IMG/VR virus record: IMGVR_UViG_3300025767_000021
Location: 1 to 58,294 of that record
Reading direction: 5' to 3' (one strand)
DNA: 58,294 nt
From: a virus
Lineage: Duplodnaviria > Caudoviricetes
The stretch's first letter is position 1; each line of letters opens with the position of its first letter. Shown here one piece after another: positions 8,945-19,700 of this stretch. The notes beneath the pieces were generated by a model. It made no database searches. It was not told the origin of the DNA and worked only from the letters and a program-made list of their open reading frames with translations. A program made the position numbers and the translations under genes.

Positions 8945-10552
8945 ATGGCAAATTTTGATTTATCTAAACTAATGGAAGGCAAGAACCCACAGTCAGTAAT
9001 GTTGGCTGAAACTAGACAATTAAAGTCTAAGTGGGAACAAACTGGTCTTCTTGAAGGTTTAAACGCAAAAGAGCAAGGCGCAATGTCTGTTCTTTTAGAA
9101 AACCAAGCAAAACAATTGCTTGATGAGGCAAGTGCTACTGGTACTGCTGCAAACTCTGAAGAGTGGAGTGGTGTTGCACTTCCTCTTGTAAGAAGAATCT
9201 TTGGTGAGATTGCTTCTAAAGAATTCGTTTCTGTACAACCTATGAACTTACCTTCAGGTCTTGTATTCTATTTGGATTTCAAATATGGTACTGCAACTGC
9301 TGGTAGAACTACAACTGAATCTTTATTCGGTGGTACTACTTCAGGTGATTTCGGTAGAACTGATTCGGCTGAAAATGGTTTATATGGTAATGGTAGATTC
9401 GGTTACTCAGTAAATGAGCAAGAAGCTACTGTTGTTTCTGCATCTCAAGCTTACGCTACTGCTTCTTGGGCAGAGTTAGGATTTGATGCATCTCTTTCTG
9501 CTTCTCAAGCAGCTGGTGATATTCAGAAATTAACTATCGCTAAATCAGCTATTTCAGCTACTGCTGATGATGATGCAATTACATCATTCATCTTATCTGG
9601 TACTGATTTAGAGGGTACTAACTACAACCAATTCAACAAAGTTGTTGGTTCTAACTATGTATTCTTCGTTAAAGCTACTGGTGCAGTAGATGCTAACGAT
9701 GTAACAGTTAAGTACTCAGTAGTTCCTGCTGATTACTCAAGAGGTGATTTCGAACAATCTTCTTTCACTGTTCCTGGTCCATCAACTTCTGATGACCTTC
9801 AGATTCCTGAAGTTGACTTAGAACTTAAGTCTGAAGCAATCGTTGCTAAGACTAGAAAGTTAAAGGCAGTTTGGACTCCTGAATTGGCGCAAGACCTTAA
9901 CGCTTACCACTCAATCGATGCTGAGGCTGAATTAACTTCTATGTTATCTGATTATATCTCTTTAGAGATTGACTTAGAAATCTTAGATATGTTAAAGTCT
10001 AACGCATTGACTACTGAGTACTGGTCAGCTACAATCGGTGAAGAGTACAACTCTTCAACTGGTGTATGGTCTGCTGGTACATCTGGTGTTGCTTACCAAA
10101 AGAACACTTGGTTCCAGACTTTAGGTACTAAATTGAACAAAGTATCTAACAAAATTCACCAATTGACATTAAGAGGTGGTGCTAACTTCGTAGTTGCATC
10201 TCCTGATGTATGTACAATTCTTGAATCAATCCCAGCATTTACTGTTTCAGCTGATAAAGATGCAATGTCTTTCGCTGCTGGTGTAACTGCGGTTGGTGCT
10301 ATCGCTAACAGATACACAGTTTACAAGAATCCTTATATGACTTCTAACGAAATCTTATTAGGATTTAGAGGTTCTAACTTCCTTGAGACTGGTGCTGTTT
10401 ACGCTCCATATGTACCTCTTATTATGACTCCATTAGTGTACGACCCACAAAACTTCACGCCAAGACGCGGAGTGATGACTCGTTACGCTAAGAAAATGGT
10501 ACGCCCAGAATACTACGGTAAGATTTATGTTAAAGATTTAGCATCTATCTAA
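8945..10552 (+). CDS. gp23: Major capsid protein, T4 gp23-like
   Basis: LLENQ, PLVRR, VSVQPMNLPSGLVFYL, AKTRKLKAVWTPELAQDLNAYHSIDAEAEL, YAPYVPL and PRRGVMTRYA motifs. Confidence 0.97.
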   Translation: MANFDLSKLMEGKNPQSVMLAETRQLKSKWEQTGLLEGLNAKEQGAMSVLLENQAKQLLDEASATGTAANSEEWSGVALPLVRRIFGEIASKEFVSVQPMNLPSGLVFYLDFKYGTATAGRTTTESLFGGTTSGDFGRTDSAENGLYGNGRFGYSVNEQEATVVSASQAYATASWAELGFDASLSASQAAGDIQKLTIAKSAISATADDDAITSFILSGTDLEGTNYNQFNKVVGSNYVFFVKATGAVDANDVTVKYSVVPADYSRGDFEQSSFTVPGPSTSDDLQIPEVDLELKSEAIVAKTRKLKAVWTPELAQDLNAYHSIDAEAELTSMLSDYISLEIDLEILDMLKSNALTTEYWSATIGEEYNSSTGVWSAGTSGVAYQKNTWFQTLGTKLNKVSNKIHQLTLRGGANFVVASPDVCTILESIPAFTVSADKDAMSFAAGVTAVGAIANRYTVYKNPYMTSNEILLGFRGSNFLETGAVYAPYVPLIMTPLVYDPQNFTPRRGVMTRYAKKMVRPEYYGKIYVKDLASI

Positions 10553-10576
10553 TCTAAAGTAATTCTTAGATAAATT

Positions 10577-10606
10577 AGAGGGAAGAGAAATCTTCCCTCT
10601 TTTTTT
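10577..10606 (+). terminator. Rho-independent terminator after the capsid gene
   Basis: AGAGGGAAGA-GAAA-TCTTCCCTCT: 10-bp stem, GNRA loop, then a T run. Confidence 0.92.
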
Positions 10607-10627
10607 ATGCTTTTCCATATAACTCAC

Positions 10628-10635
10628 TATTTATA
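10628..10635 (+). promoter_or_regulatory. TATTTATA putative late promoter of the homing endonuclease
   Basis: Recurrent motif, 7 nt before ATG 10643. Confidence 0.55.
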
Positions 10636-10642
10636 TTAAAGT

Positions 10643-11227
10643 ATGAATTCTATGGATAAACAATGTATTTATAAATTAACTTCACCAAGTGGAAAAGTGT
10701 ATATTGGTAGAACCAACGATTTTAATCGTAGGATGATTGAGCACAAATTCAATTCTGAAAAGAGATACAAAGAAAAATACGATTATGCATTATATAAAGC
10801 TATTCGTAAATATGGTTGGAATAACTTTGAAAAAAATATTTTATTTGAAACATCCGATTTAGAAGTATTAAAAAAAGTTGAAGAAGAATTTATATTAGCA
10901 TATGATGCTGTAAAGCGGGGGTATAATAACATTTATGGTTCTGATGGTGGGGATGTGTATAAGGATAACCCAGAGAGATTACAACGAATGAAAAAAATAA
11001 ATAGCGAAAAATTTAGTGGTGAAAAAAATCCAATGTACGGCAAAACTCATTCGGATGAAACCCTAAAAAAACTTCAACAAAAGGCCAAAGGTAGATTCTC
11101 TTTAGATTGGTACATAGATAGAAATGGAAAAGAAGAGGGTACTCGTTTGTATGAAGAACGAAGAGTGTGGTTAAAGAGTAGAAATCTTAAAAAAGATGAA
11201 AACGGAAGATTTCTAAAGGCAAAATAA
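10643..11227 (+). mobile_element. Free-standing GIY-YIG homing endonuclease with NUMOD3-like motif (Seg-like)
   Basis: CIYKLTSPSGKVYIGRT...RR..EH...YKAIRKYG...EEEFI...GYN catalytic domain, and GEKNPMYGKTHSDET DNA-binding motif. Confidence 0.9.
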
Positions 11228-11245
11228 GTTTCTTCAGAAATTTAA

Positions 11246-11253
11246 TATTTATA
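11246..11253 (+). promoter_or_regulatory. TATTTATA putative late promoter
   Basis: Recurrent motif, 5 nt before ATG 11259. Confidence 0.55.
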
Positions 11254-11258
11254 CACAT

Positions 11259-11474
11259 ATGAATTGGTTTGAATTTTATAACAATAATAAAAGTAGTGGT
11301 ACGATAAATGAAATCGTACAGGCATACAACACTTATATTTTTCAAAACCAAACACCTGAATTGTTAGAAGAAGCTATGAGAAAGTTGGGTACGAATAATA
11401 TGATACTACAAGAAAACTCATATGCTATTCTTCAAGAAGGTCAAAACGAATACGGATTATTACAAGAGATATGA
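11259..11474 (+). CDS. Small hypothetical virion-associated protein
   Basis: Repeated [IL]LQE motif (ILQENSYAILQEGQNEYGLLQEI). Overlaps the next start codon. Confidence 0.55.
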   Translation: MNWFEFYNNNKSSGTINEIVQAYNTYIFQNQTPELLEEAMRKLGTNNMILQENSYAILQEGQNEYGLLQEI

Positions 11475-13117
11475 GTAAACCAAGAAGAATAACCGAACTA
11501 CCATTAACCACAAATCCCTCCATTAGTGATTTAATCGCATTGGCGAGGGTAGGTTCTAATAGTAGAGTAACCATTGGTTCTTTGTTAAATGCAGAACTCC
11601 CGTCCACATTTGGAACTACCACTATAAATGGTGATTTGAATGTAAATGGAAACTTGAATGTATCAACCATAGTATCCGCATCAATCATATATGAAAGTGG
11701 TTCAACCATTTTCGGAAATTCATTAGATGATACACATGATTTTATAGGTGATGTTTCTATTACAGGTTCTCTATTTGTAAGTGGTGGAACTGAATTAGGT
11801 GGAGATATCTATCCACAAACCCCACAAGGAGCAAGATTGGGAACTCCCGAAAATCCATTCAGAGAAATCTACCTTCAATCGGGTTCTATTACTATTGAAT
11901 CAGATACACCAGGTGACCCTTCTGCTAAAATATCAAACTTTAATGGAAATGTTGATATTAAAGCAGCTGGATTTTCTGTAACATCTGGTTCTATTTCTCC
12001 ATTTATCATCAACAACCAAGGGCAGATAAAAATACAAAACAAATATCAAGACCCTCAAAATGAAGCAATATTTCAAGTTATTGGTAATAACGAAGGAAGT
12101 CAATCTGCCGCTGTAAACCCTGGTGGTATGATTCACATCACCGGATTTGATGGTGTTCCAAATAGAAATGTGTTTGACTCGTATGGTGGTGGTGGAGTAT
12201 TTTCTCAAGTTATTCTAAGGAATGCAGCTGGTACTGCCGCAAATCCAACTTCTACTGTTGCTGGAATCATTGGTAGAGTGGCAACATCTGGATATATTAC
12301 TGATATCGGATTTGGTATAGAAGGAGTAACTGGTCCACCTGCATCAATGAACTTTTATACACCTGGTTATAGAAGTGGTAGTAGGGAAACTATGATTCGT
12401 TTTTATGCAACTGCTGATAACGAATTAGACCCCAACGGTTACTCTGCTGTAATCAAAGCAGAAGGAATGGAAGTTACTGGTTCGGTTGATATAAGTGGTG
12501 ATTATACCATAAACGGAAACTCATTCTCATCTTCATTATTCCAAAGTTCATCTATATCGGGTTCAGTTATCCAATTCACAAAAGGTGATACAACTACACA
12601 ACAAGTCCAAATACCAAAAGGTTTAGGATATAGTGGATTGGGTTGGGCAAGATATAATGATACAACTTATACAACTTTATCAGCATTTACAATAGAAGAT
12701 GGTGCTGATGTAGTATTACCCTGTAATGGGTCTGGTTCTATTGAAACACATATGCATTCAACAGTTTCTTTTTATACAGGTGCTGGACAAAAACTACAAG
12801 CCGAAAATGCAGGTGATGTATATACACTAACTGTTGATTTTACTATGAGAGCATCAAACAATCCATCAGATGGTGATTATGTTAGAATACAAATGAATAA
12901 CACTACTGGAACTCCATATACTAGAGTAGGTAGAGATTTATTTTTTGCAAAAAAGGATACTGAATGGCACAAATTTCACGAAATTTTCCAATATTACGCT
13001 GATGCAGATTTTGTGGCAAATGGAAATGAAATAAATGTAATACCATCTGGATTTGATATTGAAGTTGCAGATGTAGTAATTTTTATTCAAAGAACTCAAA
13101 ATCATTCACAGCACTAA
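11471..13117 (+). CDS. Putative head decoration/fibre protein
   Basis: N-terminal RITELP..., beta-rich, and shares the IIYxSGSxIFG...THxFxG module with the giant fibres. Confidence 0.6.
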   Translation: MSKPRRITELPLTTNPSISDLIALARVGSNSRVTIGSLLNAELPSTFGTTTINGDLNVNGNLNVSTIVSASIIYESGSTIFGNSLDDTHDFIGDVSITGSLFVSGGTELGGDIYPQTPQGARLGTPENPFREIYLQSGSITIESDTPGDPSAKISNFNGNVDIKAAGFSVTSGSISPFIINNQGQIKIQNKYQDPQNEAIFQVIGNNEGSQSAAVNPGGMIHITGFDGVPNRNVFDSYGGGGVFSQVILRNAAGTAANPTSTVAGIIGRVATSGYITDIGFGIEGVTGPPASMNFYTPGYRSGSRETMIRFYATADNELDPNGYSAVIKAEGMEVTGSVDISGDYTINGNSFSSSLFQSSSISGSVIQFTKGDTTTQQVQIPKGLGYSGLGWARYNDTTYTTLSAFTIEDGADVVLPCNGSGSIETHMHSTVSFYTGAGQKLQAENAGDVYTLTVDFTMRASNNPSDGDYVRIQMNNTTGTPYTRVGRDLFFAKKDTEWHKFHEIFQYYADADFVANGNEINVIPSGFDIEVADVVIFIQRTQNHSQH

Positions 13118-13141
13118 AATAATCATTCTTCTTTTTCTTTA

Positions 13142-13149
13142 TATTTATA
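13142..13149 (+). promoter_or_regulatory. TATTTATA putative late promoter of the neck operon
   Basis: Recurrent motif, 29 nt before ATG 13179. Confidence 0.6.
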
Positions 13150-13178
13150 GATACGATATTAAAAGAGAGGAATAGTAA

Positions 13179-14327
13179 ATGGCAGTAGAATACATATACC
13201 CAGGTTCATCATCATTCTCAGCAGGAGATACCCCATTTGGAACATACGATTCGGATTCAGTATTCGCAACTGAAGCTCCTAAGATTGCCCAATGGACAGC
13301 AAAAAGATTAGGTTATCCTGTTCAAAATGTGGAATTGGTGGATGAAAACCTATTTGCTTGTTTTGAAGAAGCAGTATCAGAATATTCTGCTCAAGTAAAT
13401 CAATTTAACATTAGAAATAACTTAGATACCTTAAAGGGAAATCCAACGGGTTCTAATTATAGTGGAAAATTAGTTCAAGGTTCAAATTTACCTGAACTTA
13501 TTGGTATTTCAGATGCATATGGTACATTGGCAGGAGTTGGTGGTAATACCGATGTAAAAAGGGGTTCAATTGATTTAGTAGCAAATCAACAAATTTACGA
13601 TTTAGATATTCTTTGGGCAAATGTAAGTGAAAGTGCTAATAGAATTGATGTAGTTACAGTATTCCACGAAGCAACTCCTGCAATCAATAGGTTCTTTGAC
13701 CCTTATTCAATTAGTGGACAAGGTACATTAAACTTAATTGATGAGTTTGGATTCGGTTCATTCTCACCAGCAGCTCAATTTGTATTGATGCCTCTTTACG
13801 AAGATATATTAAGAATTCAAGCGATTGAATTCAATGACCAATTCCGTAAATCAGCACATACATTTAATATCACAAACAACAAACTTCAAATATTCCCAAT
13901 CCCAACTACCAATGGTAAGTTGTGGTTTGAGTATTTTGTGAGAAACGAATTCATTCAAAACTCAACAAATGTAACCCCAGATGTAGTTTCTGATTATGCA
14001 AATGTTGGATATGATTTTATTCCATATAGTAGAATAAATGATGTAGGTAAACAATGGATTAGAAAATATACACTTGCTCTTTCTAAAGAACTATTAGGAG
14101 CAATCAGAGAAAAATATAGTTCAGTACCTATTCCTGGTTCCGAAATATCGTTAGATGGAGCAGCATTACGAGCTGAGGCTCAAACTGAAAAAGATGCTTT
14201 GATTGAACAACTGAGAGAAAACTTAGAAGAGTTAAGTAGAAAAAATCAGTTTGAAATTAGAAACAATGAAGCTAATTATCAGCAAGAAATGTTACGAAAA
14301 GTTCCATTAACGATATATGTAGGATAA
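13179..14327 (+). CDS. Neck/head-tail adaptor protein, gp13-like
   Basis: KRLGYPVQNVEL at the N-terminus and WIRKYTLALSKELLGAIREKY..PIPG.EISLDG at the C-terminus, typical of T4 gp13-like proteins. Confidence 0.8.
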   Translation: MAVEYIYPGSSSFSAGDTPFGTYDSDSVFATEAPKIAQWTAKRLGYPVQNVELVDENLFACFEEAVSEYSAQVNQFNIRNNLDTLKGNPTGSNYSGKLVQGSNLPELIGISDAYGTLAGVGGNTDVKRGSIDLVANQQIYDLDILWANVSESANRIDVVTVFHEATPAINRFFDPYSISGQGTLNLIDEFGFGSFSPAAQFVLMPLYEDILRIQAIEFNDQFRKSAHTFNITNNKLQIFPIPTTNGKLWFEYFVRNEFIQNSTNVTPDVVSDYANVGYDFIPYSRINDVGKQWIRKYTLALSKELLGAIREKYSSVPIPGSEISLDGAALRAEAQTEKDALIEQLRENLEELSRKNQFEIRNNEANYQQEMLRKVPLTIYVG

Positions 14328-14328
14328 A

Positions 14329-14784
14329 ATGCCAAGATTCGCATTAGATAGGGATATAAGCTTCTTCAAAAGTATTTCAAGGGAGTTAGTGGATGCAGTA
14401 ATTGAAACTACTGTCGTTCTATACAAACTTGTCATTGAAGATGTTAAAACCAACTTATATGGTGAATCTCTAAACAAATCATATTTCCAAGGTTTAGAAT
14501 GTACGGCTGTAATTGAAAGAGATGATACATCGGTTTCTTACGAAGGATTTGGACCTGATAGTGGACAAAATGTACAATTTAGATTCAATAGATTCACATT
14601 AGAGGATAAAGGATTCTATCCAGAGATTGGTGATATCATTTACCATAACGATGCATATTTCGAAATTGATAATGTGAGAGAGGACCAATTAATTGGTGGA
14701 CAGAGTGGAGAGAAGTTCTCACTTATTGTTTCAACATTTATGACTAGAAGAAGTACTATTCAAACTGAAGAAAGAGTTATCTAA
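14329..14784 (+). CDS. Neck/head-closure protein, gp14-like
   Basis: NLYGES and YPEIGDIIY...FEIDNV motifs; follows the gp13-like gene. Confidence 0.7.
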   Translation: MPRFALDRDISFFKSISRELVDAVIETTVVLYKLVIEDVKTNLYGESLNKSYFQGLECTAVIERDDTSVSYEGFGPDSGQNVQFRFNRFTLEDKGFYPEIGDIIYHNDAYFEIDNVREDQLIGGQSGEKFSLIVSTFMTRRSTIQTEERVI

Positions 14785-15875
14785 TGAATAAGAAGGAAAC
14801 AAATAGAGCGCTTCAGAGAAGTATCCAAAAAGAGTACACTAAAGGTGTAAAACTTTTGGATATTGATTCTACTATTGCAGAATATATGATTGATACTATC
14901 ATACCTGAAGTTGAGGAGCATGGTAACAAAGTTAAAGTTCCTCTTCTTTACGGAAATGCGGAAAGATGGAATAATGCTAGAGCAAAAGGATACCTACGAG
15001 ACCAAAGAGGTAAGATTCAAATTCCTTTGGTAATGTTCAAAAGAAACTCCATCGATAGACAAGATGGGATGGCTCAATTCAAAGATGTAAACACATTACC
15101 AGCCTACAAAAAATATTCTAAAAATAATAGATACGAACGATTTTCATTACAATTAGGAGCAAGTAAAGCTTTTGAACAATACGAAGTTTCTGTTCCTGAT
15201 TATGTAACAGTAACTTATGAGGTAATGATTTGGACATCATTTACCGAACATATGAACGCTATCGTAGAACAATTCCAATACGCTACTGATAGATATTGGG
15301 GTAAGGAAGATGGATACAAATTCAGAACTAGAATTGATTCGTTCGATAACCAACAAGAAGTAGGCGAAGGTTCGGAGAGAATTATCAGAACTTCTTTCAC
15401 AATGGTGGTAAACGCTTATTTACTTCCTGAAACCTATGATGAAAAACCTCAGGTTAAAAAATCATTCACCCCTAAGAAAGTTGTTTGGGGTATTGAGACA
15501 GACTTAACGGGTCAAACATTTACAAATCCTAATATTTATAATGAGTACCAAAATGTTATAGACTTTGTGGCAATTAGAGGTTCTAAAGATGCGGTTTATG
15601 TGAGTGATACTACTGCAAAATTAACAAATGTAGAACTTCCAATTTTACCACAAGAGTTAGTAGGTGTATTTGATACGAGAAATTGGTTTAGAGTTTACAT
15701 AAACGGATTATTCATTACACCAGATGCATATACTTTTACATTCAATGGTACTACTAATGAAATATTATTTACATTTGATTTAACACTGGTGTTTGAGCAA
15801 GGTGATAGGGATATTTTGAATACTTTGGAAGAGTTAGATGAAATTTCAATAACTGGTAAATTTATAGAATTATGA
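14784..15875 (+). CDS. Tail terminator/sheath stabiliser, gp15-like, with C-terminal extension
   Basis: KVPLLYG, PDYVTVTYEVMIWT...MNAIVEQ and FTMVVNAYL motifs; position after the neck genes. Confidence 0.7.
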   Translation: MNKKETNRALQRSIQKEYTKGVKLLDIDSTIAEYMIDTIIPEVEEHGNKVKVPLLYGNAERWNNARAKGYLRDQRGKIQIPLVMFKRNSIDRQDGMAQFKDVNTLPAYKKYSKNNRYERFSLQLGASKAFEQYEVSVPDYVTVTYEVMIWTSFTEHMNAIVEQFQYATDRYWGKEDGYKFRTRIDSFDNQQEVGEGSERIIRTSFTMVVNAYLLPETYDEKPQVKKSFTPKKVVWGIETDLTGQTFTNPNIYNEYQNVIDFVAIRGSKDAVYVSDTTAKLTNVELPILPQELVGVFDTRNWFRVYINGLFITPDAYTFTFNGTTNEILFTFDLTLVFEQGDRDILNTLEELDEISITGKFIEL

Positions 15876-16279
15876 ATATCTTTACTTTAAAAAATATAAT
15901 GAAAGAGGTAAATGCTCCTAATTCATTTGAGGGTATTCCATCGGATAAACCAAATGGTGATAGATACGAATTCAATCACCCACTTTATTGGATATTCAAA
16001 ATAGAAAATATGAGAATCAAAACATTGGATTCTCGATTAAGAGATAAGAGAAAACCGCATGCTAGATTTGATGTATTTCTATCGTTTACTGGTGATGATT
16101 CCAATGGAGCGGTTTTCGTTAGGAGTGAAGATTATAACTATGAACAATATGGTAATGATTTTTATGTAAAACTTATCAAAGCAAATTTCCCAACTGAGGA
16201 TAGATTTGGTAACAAATATACTTTAAGTGCGGATGATGATACAATTGTTATTAAGGGTGATATTGAAAGAATTAACTAA
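15872..16279 (+). CDS. Hypothetical structural protein
   Basis: Coupled ORF in the neck operon. Confidence 0.55.
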   Translation: MNIFTLKNIMKEVNAPNSFEGIPSDKPNGDRYEFNHPLYWIFKIENMRIKTLDSRLRDKRKPHARFDVFLSFTGDDSNGAVFVRSEDYNYEQYGNDFYVKLIKANFPTEDRFGNKYTLSADDDTIVIKGDIERIN

Positions 16280-16749
16280 TGAGTAGACCAGTTCCAAATA
16301 TATATGTAGGTAACACTGTAAAGAAGAGAGATAGACAATCTTTCAAAAACTTTGTATTGGAGGTAATTGAAGATACTTTCATAAATGAGTTTGAACCAAC
16401 ATCAGCATCTTTGGATTCTGCTACTCAAACATTATTTACTTTATTTTTAGGACCAACTGATAAGACTGGTTCTATTCCAGATGTTGCTGGATATCAATTT
16501 ACCTATGAAGAATTGCAGGTGGATAATGCATATGATTATTTAGATGTTTTTCTTTATAGTGTAAAAAGAGATAGAAGTGAATATGATGTTGAATTATATG
16601 ATGAAAATGGTACAAAATTAACATCGGGTCAATATGCTACTGGTACTAAAGAAATTAGGTTTATATTTAAAGAAGATATCACTCGTATTCCAACCGAAGT
16701 GGATAGAACTGATTTTTTAATCAAAGGAAAAATTACTGAGATAGAATAA
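16279..16749 (+). CDS. Hypothetical structural protein
   Basis: Coupled ORF. Its C-terminus (IKGKITEIE) resembles those of the two preceding proteins (ITGKFIEL, IKGDIERIN). Confidence 0.55.
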   Translation: MSRPVPNIYVGNTVKKRDRQSFKNFVLEVIEDTFINEFEPTSASLDSATQTLFTLFLGPTDKTGSIPDVAGYQFTYEELQVDNAYDYLDVFLYSVKRDRSEYDVELYDENGTKLTSGQYATGTKEIRFIFKEDITRIPTEVDRTDFLIKGKITEIE

Positions 16750-16755
16750 TAAGAA

Positions 16756-19700
16756 ATGGCTAGATTAATACCAAGAAAACAGGTTGAAGAGGTACAAGAT
16801 TTTATCAGAGATACCTCATTTGCTGGAAATGTAACAGTTTCCGGTTCTCTTTTAGTATCTCAGAGTTTTTCAATGGGTTCAAACCCAAACACTGTATCTG
16901 ATATTACTGGTTCGGTATTCCTTACGGGTTCCCTTACTATCGATGGTCCTCTTAATGTTGTTGGTGACCAAGCCGTAAATCTTACATCTTCAATTTCATT
17001 GGAATCATTGGATTCTCAAAAATTTGGTGGAATAAGACCTGAAGATTTTGGAGCAATGGATGCTACTCTTTATGTATCCTCAACTTCTGGTGATGATAAT
17101 AACGATGGTAGAACTCAACAATTCCCACTAAGAACTATTAAGAAAGCGGCTGAATTGGCAACCGCTGGTGATGATGGTAGATATGGGTTACCAACTGGTT
17201 CATTGTTTACGGGTTTCCGAATCGAAGTTTCCGCTGGTACTTATTTGGAAGAAAACCCAATCGAACTCCCAAGAAACACAACGGTTTGGGGAGCTGGTTT
17301 AAGGGTTACTAAAGTTGTTGCTAAGAATGAAAACGAAGATTTATTTTGGGTAAATAGTGGTAACTATTTAGCAGAAATGACTTTTGCTGGATTAAGAGTA
17401 TTTCCATCCGTTGATAATGCTAGAAGTGGATTCGCTATTGCATTCGCTCCAAACGCATTTATCACAACATCTCCATATGTTCAGAACTGTTCGATGATTT
17501 CCAATCAGGAAAACTCATTCTTAGAGAAATACGAAACAATTCCAGCTGGTGGTGGTGGTTTGAATGTAGATGGTAATAGAATTCATCCCGATTCACCTCT
17601 TGCTTCTATGGTATTGGATGCATATACTCAGATTGCGCCAAATGGTGTGGGTTGTCAAGTTGTTGGTAGAGGATTCATTCAGTTGGTATCTTTCTTCACC
17701 AACTTCTCAGCATACGCAGTGAAGGTATTAGATGGTGGACAAGCAGTACTACTTAACTCAAACACCTCATTTGGTGATTTTGGTATGTATGCTAGTGGTT
17801 CTCGTTTCATCACAGGTAGTGGTGGTAATATCGAAGCATTCAATAGAGTAAGGGATAATTATACTATTATCATCGATACGATTGAGGATGGGTTATCTGC
17901 TATTCCTGAATTTGTTCCTAACACAAATCAAGGTATCAAAGTAACCGATGAGTTACAATATTTTATTAGTGGACAATCTTCGGATGCTATAGCTGAGCAG
18001 GCAAAATCTGAATATAGACTGGTTTCAAATATTGTTGAAAGTGGTATTTCAAATATACCAACACTATTAGCTAAATCAGCAACTAGAGGATACAACACTG
18101 GTTCCGTTTGGAATATCTCCAATGGTATCCAAACAACAGGTTCGGTATCAGCCACATCAACCGAATTAAATATTATAGATGATAGATTCACAAAAGTAAA
18201 GGAAACTTTAAGACTAGGTAACAGAGCAACTTCTAGCTATACTTTAGTTGATAACATTGTTGGTTTGGTAAAAGCAACAGACGAAATACAATATGTGGGT
18301 TCTGATGCGGCAACTTCGGTTGAAGTGGATATAATCAATAGGCATTTTAACACCATTTTGAGTATAGTTGAATTCGGATTAAATGATACAAACAATCCAT
18401 TAAGTCCATTCACTTCATCAAATGCTGGTAATATTAAGATAACAGAGACACCTCAATTTATAACTGATATTTCATCATCATTGGCTGTACAACAAAAGAT
18501 AAGTGCTTCTTTTGCAACTGTGTATCAAATTTTAGATTTGGGTAGTGATTATGCTCCTACTATTATTCCAAGTTCTTCATTCGAAAATCCATCTATTGAT
18601 TACCAAAATGGGTACAGTGCATTATTAGGAAACTTATCATTTATTCAAGAGGAAACGATAGCATATCTATCATCTTCTTGGAGCGATTTTGAATATAATC
18701 AAGATACTTGTAAACGAGATTTGGGTTACATTGTAAGTGGTGCAGCACATGATTTACTTTATGGTGGTAATGAGGAATCGGTAAGAAATGGTAATTTTTA
18801 TTATGATATTCCATCGGAAGCAACTTCTTCACAAAAACAACAAACATTAGATGCAATTCGATACGCAAGTGGATTAGCTCAAAAAGTAATAAGTAATGTT
18901 ACTTTTATAGAACCATCTATAAATGTTGAAAATGCATATGATTTATTAGTAAACAATAAAACATTCATTCAAGAAGAAGTAATTGCATTTGTATCATCTT
19001 CTTGGAGGGGGTTTGATTACAATGAAGTAACTTGTAAAAGAGATGTAGGATATATTATAGATGCGGTAGCAACCGATTTAAGATATGGTGGTAACGAACG
19101 AAGTTTAATTGCGGGTAGATATTATTATGATTACCCATCTGAAGCAACTACAACTCAGTTATTACAAACTACCGATGGTATTGAATGGGCACGAGATTTA
19201 TCTAAAAAATTAATTGTAAAGGATACATTTGTATCACCATCTTCAATCAACCAATCGGTATATGATTTGATTGTTGAAAATAGAAGTTTAATTCAAGAAG
19301 AAACTGTAAGGTTTGTAGATACTCAATTCCCTAACTTAGTTTATCTAAGAGATAAATGTAGAAGAGATACGGGATATATTTTAGATGCGGTAGCAACTGA
19401 CCTTCTTTATGGTGGTAACCAAAAGAGTATTAGAGCCGGATTATATTACCAAGCTGTATCAGTTGATAAGGTTAATGGTGAACAATTAAATGAAACCATT
19501 GATGCTATTTCTTATGCTAAATCATTTGTTGATAAGGTAGTTACAAATGAATTAGTGGAAATACCACAACTCGTTGATAATACCAAAGCTAGAGTTAGGG
19601 CAGGTGATATCCTTCCATTTACATCATCATTACTTTCTGGTAGTGAAGATATTAGAGTAAAAGTGAGTTCATCTTTTGGTTTGGTAGAGGATATTATTAA

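Noticed and set aside
10552-11258. Group I intron around the GIY-YIG gene
   Set aside because: The capsid gene is complete and terminated before it, and the flanks are too short to hold a ribozyme core; the endonuclease is free-standing.
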